From Myxococcota bacterium (lineage in GTDB: Bacteria; Myxococcota_A; SURF-8): a DNA stretch of 64,000 nucleotides. Position numbers and translations under genes: made by a program. Position 1 is the first letter of the stretch. Every line of letters begins with the position of its first letter. The notes below the pieces were generated by a model, which worked only from the letters and a program-made list of their open reading frames with translations, was not told the origin of the DNA and searched no databases. The stretch covers positions 2,304,001-2,368,000 of the forward strand of contig OZ223209.1 of NCBI GenBank assembly GCA_965140415.1, in the 5' to 3' direction. Shown here one piece after another: positions 29,883 through 40,489 of the stretch.

Positions 29883-31424
29883 GTGTCGAAAAAGAAAAGC
29901 AAGCAGTTCGGTAAGTTCAAGCTCATTCGCAAAATCGCAACGGGGGGTATGGGAGAAATCTTTTTAGCCCGGCATGTCGATCATCCGAAAAGCCGTCCCC
30001 CGATTGCATTGAAGCGGATATTGGGGCATCGCGCCAAAGACCAGAACTTCATTCGTATGTTTCTTCGCGAAGCAAAGATTATCGCTCAACTAAATCATCC
30101 CAATCTGACTCGCATTCTGGATTTCGGTAAAGAGCAGGATACCTTCTACATGACCATGGAATATGTGGAAGGTCACAACCTGGACGAAGTGATCACCAAA
30201 GCGGGTGATGCTCCCAGCAGTTGGAGTCTGGGCTGCTCGATTGAGGTGATTCGGCAGGCTCTGGCCGGAATGGACTACGCACACGATAAAAACGATCGAC
30301 AGGGAAAATCGCTCGATATCGTGCATTTGGATCTGTCCCCACATAACATCATGATCTCCAGAGACGGGACAGTCAAAATTCTCGATTTCGGTGTGTCCAA
30401 GGCGGCTTATGAGGACGATCAAAAAGCCTATAATGCCTTACGCGGCACCTATGCGTACATGTCGCCGGAACAATGCAAAGAGAAAGCGGTCGATCGCCGT
30501 TCCGATCTGTTTACCCTGGGAATCCTCTTATACGAGCTGAGCACCGGGGAACCGCTCTTTCGCAAACAACCTAGCGAATTCATGGTGTTGAAGGCCATTA
30601 CGGAGGGGTTGATTCCGCCTCCCAGTAATGTCGATAAGAATTACCCGCCGGAATTGGAAAAAATTCTGGACCGGTCGCTTGCCGTGAAAGTAGAGGATCG
30701 TTTCCAGAGTGCCAAGGAATTCTCGGATGCCCTGGATGAACTGGAAGCAAAATACAACTTTACCTCCGGTCCGGAAGTATTGAAAAAGGCTCTGGATGAC
30801 CTGTGGACCAAACAATTCGTTTCCGAAACCGATGAGGATTCGGACGATGACGAGCTATCCTCGCAAAGTGGTGACGAAGCAGAAGTTTCGCAAGACTCTT
30901 CTGACAAGAGCGAAAAACCGGCAGATGTGAAAGCCGAAGATGCTGTTGACAATCCTCAGAAATCGGAATCTTCCAACTCGGATGAAAGCAGGCGCTCGGA
31001 GACCTTCCAAAAAGACGATGTGGCGGCCATGTCTCCGGCGGACCGGGATGAATGGCTGCTGATGCACAAACGCCAGATGCGACGAGTCGCCGGAATCTTT
31101 TCCGTACTGTTTGTGTTAGCCTGCGCTGCTTTGGGTGGTTTCTATCAGTACAAGACCGGATGGATAAAGGAAACGGCGGGGTCCACAATTTACGTGCCGA
31201 GTTCCGGCAAACTGTATATCTCTACGATTCCGGAAGGCGCGAAAGTGTTCGTGAACCTGAAGGAGCAGAAAACCGTCACTCCGATGTTGTTGGGTGATAT
31301 GCCCTTCGATGAAAACCTGCAAATCGAAGTCGTGTTAAGCGGATATGAATCCTCGCGGCAGACATTCAGATTGAACGCGCAAACTCCATTGGACGCCATG
31401 CTGGTTCAACTGGAAAAGAAATAG
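29883..31424 (+). CDS. Hanks-type Ser/Thr kinase with acidic linker, TM helix and PEGA domain
   Basis: ATGGMGEI, ALK, HLDLSPHN, DFG and YMSPEQ; C-terminal STIPEGAKVFVN...TP. Confidence 0.92.
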   Translation: MSKKKSKQFGKFKLIRKIATGGMGEIFLARHVDHPKSRPPIALKRILGHRAKDQNFIRMFLREAKIIAQLNHPNLTRILDFGKEQDTFYMTMEYVEGHNLDEVITKAGDAPSSWSLGCSIEVIRQALAGMDYAHDKNDRQGKSLDIVHLDLSPHNIMISRDGTVKILDFGVSKAAYEDDQKAYNALRGTYAYMSPEQCKEKAVDRRSDLFTLGILLYELSTGEPLFRKQPSEFMVLKAITEGLIPPPSNVDKNYPPELEKILDRSLAVKVEDRFQSAKEFSDALDELEAKYNFTSGPEVLKKALDDLWTKQFVSETDEDSDDDELSSQSGDEAEVSQDSSDKSEKPADVKAEDAVDNPQKSESSNSDESRRSETFQKDDVAAMSPADRDEWLLMHKRQMRRVAGIFSVLFVLACAALGGFYQYKTGWIKETAGSTIYVPSSGKLYISTIPEGAKVFVNLKEQKTVTPMLLGDMPFDENLQIEVVLSGYESSRQTFRLNAQTPLDAMLVQLEKK

Positions 31425-31444
31425 CTTCTTTTCCCCTTCGGCGA

Positions 31445-32719
31445 TCATTCAGACAGAAAAACGGGGGCGACTGGATTTTCATATACCCATTGGCCGTTTT
31501 TCATCACTTTGTAGGTGTGATTCCGACCGAAGTGATAGGTCAGGTATTCGGGCCGGGGGACATCCAGTAAAAGAAGGTCGGCTTGGTATCCATTGGCGAT
31601 GCGACCGATTCGTTCTCCCAGTAGCAGCGAATCGGCGGCGTGACGCGTAACGGACAACAGCACTTCTTCAAAGGTCATGCGCAGTTGAGTGCATCCCAGA
31701 TTCATAATCAGAGGCAGGTTGCTGCAAACGCAACTTCCCGGGTTAAAGTCGCTGGCCAACACCACTCGCACGCCCGCTTCGATGAATTTGCGTGCAGGGG
31801 CGTATTCCGTTTTCCCCAGATAATAGCTGGTGCCTGGCAGCAAGGCGGCGATGACATTCGCGTCGGCCATGGCCTGAATGTTTTCATCCGTGATTGCCAT
31901 TAAGTGATCTGCCGCCACCGCGCCCAATTCACAGGCTAGTTTTGCACCGTCGCTGTTGACGAATTCATCCGCATGGAAGCGCAGCGCCATGCCGAGCTTT
32001 CCGGCTTCTTCCAATATGCGCCGTGCTTGTGCTACGGTAAACACGCCTTCCTCACAGAATACGTCACAAAACTTCGCGAGGTTTTCCGATGCAACACGAG
32101 GTAGCATGCCGTTGACGATCAGATCGACGTAGTCCTCACGACGGTCTTTGTATTCCGGGGGGAACTCGTGCGCCCCGAGAAAGGTCGCAACCAGATCGAC
32201 TGAATGCGTTTCGTTCAGTTTACGAATGACGCGCAGCTGTTTCAATTCGCTTTCCGTATCCAACCCATACCCGCTTTTCGCTTCGATGGTCGTAACACCC
32301 CAGCGCAGAAATTCGTCCAGCCAGTGCATGGAACGCGTGGCAAGCTGTTCTTCACTCGCTTCGCGTGTGGCGCGTACGGTGGCGTTGATACCTCCGCCCT
32401 GTTGTGCGATTTCCATATAGGGAACTCCGGCGATGCGCTGGGCGAACTCTTGTTCGCGGGTACCGCCGAATACCGGGTGCGTGTGGGAGTCGATCAATCC
32501 TGCAATGGCACTGGCTCCACGCGCCGAAATGATTTTCCTTGCCGTTTCCTGTGCTTGTGGGGGGAGCTCGCTCTGCTTACCTACAAAACAAAAATCCGTT
32601 CCCCGGATGCCGATGGCCCCATCGGTGATGCGACCCAATACATCCTGTGCGTTTTCTCGTTTCGGATCGCAGGTGACGATTTCTCCGATGTCAACGATAA
32701 GCATATCAAAGGGTTGCAT
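31445..32719 (-). CDS. hutI: Imidazolonepropionase
   Basis: DSHTH, EAKSGYG, DVFCE and ASDFNPG motifs. Confidence 0.95.
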   Translation of the reverse strand: MQPFDMLIVDIGEIVTCDPKRENAQDVLGRITDGAIGIRGTDFCFVGKQSELPPQAQETARKIISARGASAIAGLIDSHTHPVFGGTREQEFAQRIAGVPYMEIAQQGGGINATVRATREASEEQLATRSMHWLDEFLRWGVTTIEAKSGYGLDTESELKQLRVIRKLNETHSVDLVATFLGAHEFPPEYKDRREDYVDLIVNGMLPRVASENLAKFCDVFCEEGVFTVAQARRILEEAGKLGMALRFHADEFVNSDGAKLACELGAVAADHLMAITDENIQAMADANVIAALLPGTSYYLGKTEYAPARKFIEAGVRVVLASDFNPGSCVCSNLPLIMNLGCTQLRMTFEEVLLSVTRHAADSLLLGERIGRIANGYQADLLLLDVPRPEYLTYHFGRNHTYKVMKNGQWVYENPVAPVFLSE

Positions 32720-32742
32720 GTGCACTCTCCTGCCAAGCAGAA

Positions 32743-32765
32743 GGGGGACCAGGTTGTGGTCCCCC
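32743..32765. other. GC-rich intercistronic hairpin between hutU and hutI
   Basis: GGGGGACC-N7-GGTCCCCC. Confidence 0.55.
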
Positions 32766-32795
32766 GATGGGAAATCATGAAATGGATTTATCGCC

Positions 32796-34451
32796 CTACC
32801 AGGTAATGCGCGGGATCTTTACTCCACGTTCTTTGGCGACTTCTACCGCGCGTTCGTAGCCTGCATCGGCGTGTCGGATGATGCCGGTGGCCGGGTCGCC
32901 GGTCAGTACGCGCTGCAAACGCTGCTCGGCCTCGGGGGTGCCGTCTGCAACGATAACCACGCCTGCGTGCAGTGAATAGCCGATGCCGGTGCCGCCTCCG
33001 TGATGGTAGCTGACCCAACTCGCGCCGTTGACGGCATTACTCAGCAGGTTTAACACCGGCCAGTCCGCCACCGTGTCCGAGCCGTCTTTCATGCCTTCCG
33101 TTTCGCGATTGGGTGAGGCGACCGAGCCGGAATCCAAATGATCGCGCCCAATGACGATGGGTGCCTTAACTCGTCCGCTTTTCACCAGATCGTTGAACAG
33201 CTTACCCGCTTTGGCGCGTTCTCCGTATCCAAGCCAGCAAATACGCGAGGGCAGCCCCTGGAAGTGTACTCGTTCCTTGGCCATTTTGAGCCAGCGGTGC
33301 AGGCTCTTATCTTCCGGGAAGAGCTTCATCAGTTCTTCATCGGTGGTGTAGATGTCCTCCGGGTCGCCGGAGAGCGCCACCCAACGGAAAGGGCCTTTGC
33401 CTTCGCAGAACAGTTCGCGAATGTAGGCTGGTACGAAGCCGGGGAAATCAAAGGCATTCTCCACGCCGCCTTCCAGTGCGACCTGCCGGATGTTGTTTCC
33501 ATAATCGAAAGTGACGGCGCCCGCTTTCATTAAGTCCAGCATCGCCAGAACGTGGCGGATGACGGATTGCTTGGCCAGCTCGGTGTATCGGGCCGGATCC
33601 TGCTTGCGCAGGGTGAGCGCGGCTTCATAGCTCATCTCACCGGGGACATAGCCGTTTAAGAGGTCGTGCGCGCTGGTCTGGTCGGTGAGCACGTCGGGGA
33701 TAAAGCCCTGCTTCACCATTTCCGGCAGAAGGTCCGCCGCATTGCCCAATAGCCCGATGGAATACGCTTCGCCCGCTGCCGCCTTTTCTTTCGCCTTGGC
33801 GATGGCGTCCGGCAGCGAGTCCGTCCACCAGTCGAGATAGTGATGTTCGATGCGCCGCAGGATGCGATCCTTGTCCACTTCTATGCATAAGGCAACGCCC
33901 TCGGCCATCGTAACGGCCAAAGGTTGCGCGCCTCCCATACCACCTAGACCGGCGGTCAAAACGATTTTACCTTTCAGGCTGCTGTTGTAGTGTTGTCGGG
34001 CCAATTCAACGAAGGTTTCGTAGGTGCCCTGCAAAATACCTTGCGTGCCGATGTAGATCCAACTTCCCGCCGTCATCTGCCCGAACATGATCAGGCCCTT
34101 CTTGTCCAACTCCCAGAAGTGGTCCCAGGTGGCCCAATGAGGGACAATATTGGCGTTGGCGATTAGAACACGGGGAGCGTTGGGGTGAGTCTGGATCACG
34201 CCGACCGGCTTACCCGACTGCACGAGCAGGGTCTCGTCGTTTTCCAGTTTGAGCAAAGAATCCAGAATTGCCTGCAAGGCTTCCGGGTTGCGGGCGGCTT
34301 TGCCACAACCGCCGTAAACGATCAGTTCTTCCGGTTTTTCGGCGACTTCGGCGTCCAGGTTGTTTTGAATCATGCGGTAGGCGGCTTCCTGTAGCCAGCC
34401 TTTGCAGTGCAGCATAGTGCCTCGTGGAGCCTTAATGGAAGTAAGGTCCAT
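32796..34451 (-). CDS. hutU: Urocanate hydratase
   Basis: [33 protein letters not shown] and GRDHLD motifs. Confidence 0.97.
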   Translation of the reverse strand: MDLTSIKAPRGTMLHCKGWLQEAAYRMIQNNLDAEVAEKPEELIVYGGCGKAARNPEALQAILDSLLKLENDETLLVQSGKPVGVIQTHPNAPRVLIANANIVPHWATWDHFWELDKKGLIMFGQMTAGSWIYIGTQGILQGTYETFVELARQHYNSSLKGKIVLTAGLGGMGGAQPLAVTMAEGVALCIEVDKDRILRRIEHHYLDWWTDSLPDAIAKAKEKAAAGEAYSIGLLGNAADLLPEMVKQGFIPDVLTDQTSAHDLLNGYVPGEMSYEAALTLRKQDPARYTELAKQSVIRHVLAMLDLMKAGAVTFDYGNNIRQVALEGGVENAFDFPGFVPAYIRELFCEGKGPFRWVALSGDPEDIYTTDEELMKLFPEDKSLHRWLKMAKERVHFQGLPSRICWLGYGERAKAGKLFNDLVKSGRVKAPIVIGRDHLDSGSVASPNRETEGMKDGSDTVADWPVLNLLSNAVNGASWVSYHHGGGTGIGYSLHAGVVIVADGTPEAEQRLQRVLTGDPATGIIRHADAGYERAVEVAKERGVKIPRITW

Positions 34452-34496
34452 AACATCCTCCTGTAGAAAAAGAGCGAATCGGACGATGAGTTTGGA

Positions 34497-37022
34497 TTAC
34501 AGAATCAAGTCGATGACCAGATCGGTCTGGGGATCGACGACATAGACGATCTCTTCTGAACTGTCTACGATGTACAGGCGCGGGAAGTCAGGATACAGAT
34601 CAAGGAAAACCGCGTCTTCCAACAGCGAGCCGACCGGAGCGCCTTCCACATCCGTGCTGGAAGCTCTGATCACTCCCACTCCGCTGGTGCTTTTAAAATT
34701 GTAATTGTAGGCGCTTGCACGCTTCTCTGCGATGAACGGTGCGTCTTCATCCTGACAGATGCTGAATGAAATCAGATCGTTGGAGAAACTGAGCGGCGCA
34801 TCCGTGCCATCATCCCAGGGATTTTGGCAGCGCATGCCGCTTACGGTCTGTTCGCCGCCGCCAAGCGTCAGGTCTTTTTGGAAGGTATAGATGTCCACAT
34901 CGTCGCCTTCAGCCGTTTCTTCTGTCGCAACGCATACATAGTCCTGCCAGTCGGTCTGTTCGAATTGGAGTTGTTGGAATTGATCCTCTCCGGTAATGAC
35001 GTCCCCCTGCTTGAAAGGTACGTTTACGGCCCGACCTTGATACTCTGTGGGGAAAAGACGAGCCCCTTCCGAGTTTTGCTCGGTCATGTACACCAGGTAG
35101 TTGTCGTTGGCGCGAACGTGGTATTCCACGGCGGATTGGAAGCAGTTGGACAAAGTCAATTCACCCGGATCGAACTCGATGTATTCGCTGGTGACGTTGA
35201 TAATTTCCAGTTCCACCTGATCGACAACGATCAGAATCGGCTGTCCGTCCGCATCGGTACCTTGCTTCACGCAGCCGGTGCGTTCGTCGTTGGCTGCCAT
35301 CGGAGTGGTGTCGATCACCAAAAGATCGCCTTTCAGGCTGGTGGGATCGTCGGGATCGTAATCTGAAGGGCGCACAAGAATATCACTCAATGTAGAGAAA
35401 TCCATTGCGTCGTCGTAGAGTCGGTTCGCGCTGTAATCGAAGCGACCCGAAACGGTCTGGTCGCTGCCATCGATCACGCCGTTATACTGCAACTCCCACA
35501 ATCCATTTGGGGTGCGACCTTTATAGACACGATAATCGATGTCGGCGACGCAGTCGTTTCGATCTTTGGTGAAGTCGTTGCCGCTGATAAACGACAGGTC
35601 CGCCCCGTAGTCCGGGGTAGTGTCGTATAATTCGTGCAGGTCGTTGTACAGGTCGATCACATCGATCAGACCATCATAGCCGATGGAATAAGCGAACAGC
35701 TTTGCTTCTGGATCTTCCTCATCATCAGTGGAGGTGGATTCGCTTGATTCCTGCTCACTGTCTTCGGCGGACTCGGTTTCGCTTTCATCCATGATTCGAG
35801 CGCGCCAGTCCCGCTTTCGCGAGGTGGTTTCCGCATCTTCACTGTCTTCCACCGCTTCTTGATCGTCCTCGAGTTCGCCATCCAATTCGGCTTCTTCGAA
35901 ATCCAGATCGCCATCTTCTACACTGTCGGCCAGTTCGATGTCGCCGTCTACCACTTCGGCGTCTCCATCGACGTCTTCCGGTTCGGTATCCTTGGTCGTT
36001 TTTACAAACACGACCGTGCGTGGTGTGGTCGAAATGGGGATATCGTAGTCGAATTGCTCTGTCGGAGGAGGTGAGTTGCGGTGGCTGGGCAATTCCTCAT
36101 TGGTATCGACATAGCGATCGTTCAGCAGGTCATAGACCGCTAGACGGCGCACGTCCAATTTGGAAAGATAGAGCCAGCGACCATCCGGGCTGATGGAGCA
36201 GTCGCGCTGCGCGGCATACACGTTTCGAGTTTGAGCCGGATATTCAGGATGCGCCAGATCGACGATGTGGAAATAGGTAGCGGACATGTCCGCGATGTAA
36301 AGGTACCGGCCTTCCGGATCAACCGCCATTCCAGCGGGTACAGGGTCAGGAGTTTCCGTGCCTTTAAGATCGACCAGCAGATCCTCCCGCCAGCGTTCTT
36401 CACCATCCTGATCGTACTTGCGTACGCGAGCCAGTTTTCCCAAGTAGGGCAGGGCGGCATAGACATCGCCGATTTCATTCTCGGTTGAAGGGGTAACGGT
36501 CAACCGTGATGGACGAGAGGACAGATCCGCTTTGTATTCCAGCGGGCGAGCCTCTTTGGATTGAATGATAGAGAGTGAGTTCTCGCCTCCATTGGCCACA
36601 AACACTCGTGATTGAGCCTGGTCCACCGACACTTCTACATCGACCGGGAAAGAGCCGACTTGGATGTTGCTGAGAACAAAGGGATTGCCCTTGATATTGG
36701 AATTCTCGATGTCGCCGGTGCACAGGTCGATCCGTGCAACAGAATTGTTGCCGCTGTTGGCGACGAAGGCATAGGGACGCCGATCCAAACCGAGACATTG
36801 TTCCCATAAACCTTCGAATTGATCGTAAAACGCTTCTTCCGCTGCCGTGGCTTCATAAGGAACGACGGCAATGGTCATGGCCGTCGGGCGACTTAAAGTA
36901 GAGACCTGCAAGGTGTTTTCGTCGTTGTCGTCGCAGCCAACAAACTGTAGCGCCATGATCGGAAGTAGCAGCAGGCCGACGTAAAGGGGCAAGCGTCCCA
37001 TTTTAGAATTGATCTTGTTCAT
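34497..37022 (-). CDS. Large acidic beta-propeller (YncE-like) lipoprotein
   Basis: Lipobox FVGC; blade repeats AFVANSG, VFVANG and LYIAD; Asp/Glu linker containing DGD motifs. The start could instead be 37001. Confidence 0.65.
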   Translation of the reverse strand: MNKINSKMGRLPLYVGLLLLPIMALQFVGCDDNDENTLQVSTLSRPTAMTIAVVPYEATAAEEAFYDQFEGLWEQCLGLDRRPYAFVANSGNNSVARIDLCTGDIENSNIKGNPFVLSNIQVGSFPVDVEVSVDQAQSRVFVANGGENSLSIIQSKEARPLEYKADLSSRPSRLTVTPSTENEIGDVYAALPYLGKLARVRKYDQDGEERWREDLLVDLKGTETPDPVPAGMAVDPEGRYLYIADMSATYFHIVDLAHPEYPAQTRNVYAAQRDCSISPDGRWLYLSKLDVRRLAVYDLLNDRYVDTNEELPSHRNSPPPTEQFDYDIPISTTPRTVVFVKTTKDTEPEDVDGDAEVVDGDIELADSVEDGDLDFEEAELDGELEDDQEAVEDSEDAETTSRKRDWRARIMDESETESAEDSEQESSESTSTDDEEDPEAKLFAYSIGYDGLIDVIDLYNDLHELYDTTPDYGADLSFISGNDFTKDRNDCVADIDYRVYKGRTPNGLWELQYNGVIDGSDQTVSGRFDYSANRLYDDAMDFSTLSDILVRPSDYDPDDPTSLKGDLLVIDTTPMAANDERTGCVKQGTDADGQPILIVVDQVELEIINVTSEYIEFDPGELTLSNCFQSAVEYHVRANDNYLVYMTEQNSEGARLFPTEYQGRAVNVPFKQGDVITGEDQFQQLQFEQTDWQDYVCVATEETAEGDDVDIYTFQKDLTLGGGEQTVSGMRCQNPWDDGTDAPLSFSNDLISFSICQDEDAPFIAEKRASAYNYNFKSTSGVGVIRASSTDVEGAPVGSLLEDAVFLDLYPDFPRLYIVDSSEEIVYVVDPQTDLVIDLIL

Positions 37023-38640
37023 AAAGTTTGGCTCTGTTTTCGATTTTGCGAACAACGCGGTTGATGAAGTTTCCGTGTTGGTCGAGCAGGTGTACAACGG
37101 CGATTTCGTGCGCCATGAAATTGCTCACCAGAGCAAAAAGCCCGGCTTCGGTTTCATATGTGGTCAGATCGTAAGGGCGCGCATGTTCGCGGAAAATGCC
37201 CGGTTCCTCGATAAAGGCTTCCGGAGCCAGGTCGATGACTTCGATCACCTGGCGCGAAAGGATGTCGATCACGTACAGTTCATCGTTGCCGAATGCCGCA
37301 ACATACAGCGTATCGCCATGGACGACGAGATTAGCCGGTTCCTGCGCCATTTCAATGACATCTAGAATGTCGTTCTTTTCGCAGCTATTGCCGCCATTGA
37401 CGTATTGTTCCGGCTCGCATTCGTTGAACGTCAACTCAGTATCCAGAATCAGGATGCTGGGAACTTCCGTTTCACTTTCACGTACACCGCGTGATGCAAC
37501 GAACAGTTTGCTACCATCGCTGCTAAAACCGAGGCCGCGCAAGTCATAGCCGTCCCCGACATTCAACTGTTCCGTCTGCGCCTGAAAACCGATGCCTTCG
37601 ATGTAGGAAGGACGCAACACGCCCAACACATTGGCGTCACGATGGGTAACATAAACAGTGCCGGAAAGGGGAGAGATCGCGACCTGGTTTCCACCACGAG
37701 AGAACTTTCGTTCGGTGACAAGATGCAGCGGGGCGATGATTTCACAGCGGTAGCCTTCCTCACAACCCAGCCGCTGAATGCATTCGCCCGTTTCCTCATC
37801 TTCAAGAATCTGTGTGCGATTCACTTCGCAGGCTGTGGCGCAGAAGTTACGTTCCGGCGAACGCGGATTGGTCAGGCAGAGGTTATCCAGCTTTTCCGAA
37901 ATGCCACCCCGTCCATCGTCTGCACAGAACACGACTTCCTGCTGGCCGCAGTCGCTATTGGCTTCACATGGGCCGCATAATTCACTGCTGGCCACTGTGG
38001 AGGGGCATTGCAGATTTTCCGGTACGCAGCGCCGGATCAGGCTTCCATCTTCAGCCGATTGTCGGTTCGTTTCATCGGTGAAACGGGCGATTTCATCCTC
38101 AATAATGCTCATTTCGCCATCGGTGATGTGGCTTACGTAGATGTAGCGGTCATTGGCGTCGACAGCGATTCCGAACGGATCTTCGGCCAGTTGAATACTG
38201 GCGCGGGTTTCACGAAGGAAAAAGGGTTTGTCCGCCGGAGGGGCGGAAGCAACCTCTGGGTCGACATCGATTGCCATCAGTACATCCGCCGGCAGGTCAG
38301 GAAAGTCATCCTGTTCCATGAAGGGACCGCGGGCGGTAACATACAAACGAGTCCCGGCGTGATTGAATGCTACCTCGCCACCGAATGAGCCGATAGGCAT
38401 TGTCCAATCCGAGACTATACTATAGGTGGAAAGGTCGATTACCACTACCGATCCATTCTTGTATGCCTGATTGAAGTTGGCGTTGACCACAGCCGCATAT
38501 CGTCCTGCCGGGTGAACGGCGACACCGATTGGGTAGTGGATGATGTCGCTGGGCGCATCGACGCCGGGTTGATCGCTGATACAACCGGTAATTCCAATGG
38601 CCAACAACAGGAAAATTGTCAAAAACGCTCGTATTCTCAT
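37003..38640 (-). CDS. Beta-propeller (YncE-like) lipoprotein with a Cys-rich insertion
   Basis: Lipobox ITGC; blades such as PIGVAV and PFGIAV...YIYVSH; ~12-Cys insert. Confidence 0.7.
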   Translation of the reverse strand: MRIRAFLTIFLLLAIGITGCISDQPGVDAPSDIIHYPIGVAVHPAGRYAAVVNANFNQAYKNGSVVVIDLSTYSIVSDWTMPIGSFGGEVAFNHAGTRLYVTARGPFMEQDDFPDLPADVLMAIDVDPEVASAPPADKPFFLRETRASIQLAEDPFGIAVDANDRYIYVSHITDGEMSIIEDEIARFTDETNRQSAEDGSLIRRCVPENLQCPSTVASSELCGPCEANSDCGQQEVVFCADDGRGGISEKLDNLCLTNPRSPERNFCATACEVNRTQILEDEETGECIQRLGCEEGYRCEIIAPLHLVTERKFSRGGNQVAISPLSGTVYVTHRDANVLGVLRPSYIEGIGFQAQTEQLNVGDGYDLRGLGFSSDGSKLFVASRGVRESETEVPSILILDTELTFNECEPEQYVNGGNSCEKNDILDVIEMAQEPANLVVHGDTLYVAAFGNDELYVIDILSRQVIEVIDLAPEAFIEEPGIFREHARPYDLTTYETEAGLFALVSNFMAHEIAVVHLLDQHGNFINRVVRKIENRAKLYEQDQF

Positions 38641-38910
38641 TACTTGCAGCTCTATTCCATAAGCCTTATCTAATTGAGACAAGCTATCTTACCCAATACC
38701 TACTGTCAATTATTTTCCATGCCTTTTCCTGTAAGTAGATCGCACAGGAAGTGGGAGAGCGATTTTGTACCCCTTCTGATTTTATGATTTTCTTCCTGAA
38801 TATGCCTAGAAAAATCAAACGGCTGTTCCCCTGCAAATTTCTTGCGTTCCATTTGTACTGGTTGTAGAGTAACGGATCTTCAGAAGATGGATTTCCAGCA
38901 GGAGTGCGAG

Positions 38911-40218
38911 ATGGGTCACATTGTGAATCCGGATAAAGACTATCTACTTTTACAGCAGCGATTGGATGCGACCGTAACAGGGGCTCCCAACTCTCCAACA
39001 TTTATGAAAATTCTAAAGCTTCTGTTCAGTCCGGAGCATGCCAAGCTGGCAGGACAGTTGCCTCTGGCGCTGAAGTCGATTGGTTCGATCAGTCGGCAGG
39101 TGGGCATTCCCAAGGACGAACTTAGCGGAATGATTACCGACATGGCTCGTCGCGGGCTAGTGATCGATATGGAATTCAAAGGGCGTCGCATGGTTATGCT
39201 GGCTCCTGTGATTATCGGCTTTTTCGAGTTCACCTTCATGCGCACACGCGATGACCTGCCGATGAAGGAACTCTCGGAATTGTTCGAGATTTACATGAAG
39301 CAGGAAAGCGAACTGGCCCATTCGGTATTTCAGGGACAGACCCAGATCGGGCGTTCGCTGGTAAACGAACAGGCGCTTACGGATGGCACCTTTACCGAAA
39401 TCATGGATTGGGAACGAGCCAGCCGCATTCTCGAAGAAGCAACCGTAGCCGCTGTCTCATTGTGTGCCTGTCGGCACCATCATTCCCATCTGGGGGATGC
39501 CTGTGATCGCCCGACACGCACCTGCCTGTCGTTGAACTATGGTGCAGAGCCTTTGATCAGCGCCGGTATTGCCCAGCGCATCAGCAACAAGGAAGCGTTG
39601 CAGGTTCTGGAAGAAGCACGTAAAGCCGGATTGGCGCAGACCGGGGACAATGTTCAGCAGCGCTTGACCTATATGTGCAACTGCTGCGGCTGCTGCTGTG
39701 GAATGATGCAGGCGATCAAGACTTTCAACATCAAGAATGCCATCGTCTCTTCCAACTGGATCATGGAAGTGGATACGGATAAATGCAAGGGCTGTGGTCT
39801 GTGCGTGAAAGCCTGCCCGGTGGATGCAATCGAAATCCGGGAGAAGATCGTAGATGGTAAGAAGAAACGCTGGGCGGTGCGCGATGAGAGCCTGTGTCTG
39901 GGATGCGGTGTGTGCTATACCGCCTGCAAGACCGGCGGCATTACGATGAAGCCGCGCGAAAAACGAGTATTTACTCCGGAATCCGTTTTCGACAAAACAG
40001 TGGCCATGGCTATCGAGCGCGGCAAACTAGCCCCGTTGATCTTCGACAATCCGGAAAAATTCAGCCATCGTGCGATGGCGCGCATTCTGGGAGTGTTGGA
40101 ACGCTCCGCGCCGTATAAAGCCGCCATGGCCATCGAACCATTGAAATCGACCTTCTTGTCCGGAGTCACCAAAGGTGCGAAAGCCATGATGGGCTCGGCA
40201 AGCAAGGATATGAGTTAG
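38911..40218 (+). CDS. 4Fe-4S dicluster protein with N-terminal HTH-like region and CNCCGCCC motif
   Basis: CKGCGLCVKACP and CLGCGVCYTAC ferredoxin motifs; CACR and CNCCGCCC; AGGAG RBS. Confidence 0.85.
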   Translation: MGHIVNPDKDYLLLQQRLDATVTGAPNSPTFMKILKLLFSPEHAKLAGQLPLALKSIGSISRQVGIPKDELSGMITDMARRGLVIDMEFKGRRMVMLAPVIIGFFEFTFMRTRDDLPMKELSELFEIYMKQESELAHSVFQGQTQIGRSLVNEQALTDGTFTEIMDWERASRILEEATVAAVSLCACRHHHSHLGDACDRPTRTCLSLNYGAEPLISAGIAQRISNKEALQVLEEARKAGLAQTGDNVQQRLTYMCNCCGCCCGMMQAIKTFNIKNAIVSSNWIMEVDTDKCKGCGLCVKACPVDAIEIREKIVDGKKKRWAVRDESLCLGCGVCYTACKTGGITMKPREKRVFTPESVFDKTVAMAIERGKLAPLIFDNPEKFSHRAMARILGVLERSAPYKAAMAIEPLKSTFLSGVTKGAKAMMGSASKDMS

Positions 40219-40335
40219 CGAAATCGTTTTTTACAGCCGCTTCTCGGCTGATCAGACAACCAGAGGGGGGAGTGATCGGTACCCGAACGAAAATCGGAAA
40301 AATGCCGGTTTGCCTGTTGATTTGCTTGAAAAGCA

Positions 40336-40363
40336 TTGACATACCTGCCTGTTTTGTTAAGAT
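40336..40363 (+). promoter_or_regulatory. Sigma70 promoter of ppdK
   Basis: TTGACA-N16-TAAGAT with an extended -10 TG. Confidence 0.65.
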
Positions 40364-40489
40364 GACCTCGCATTGTTCGACTGGATGCAGACTGTGACAA
40401 ACTAAATGCTTTCCACTTTATAAAGGGTCGTGGTCTTCTGCCCGCTTCGGGCGAAATGTATCAAGAAAATTTAGGAGGAGGTCGCTAGT

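Noticed and set aside
31445-34451. Incomplete hut pathway (no hutH/hutG)
   Set aside because: Split hut loci are common, and the other genes may lie outside the window.
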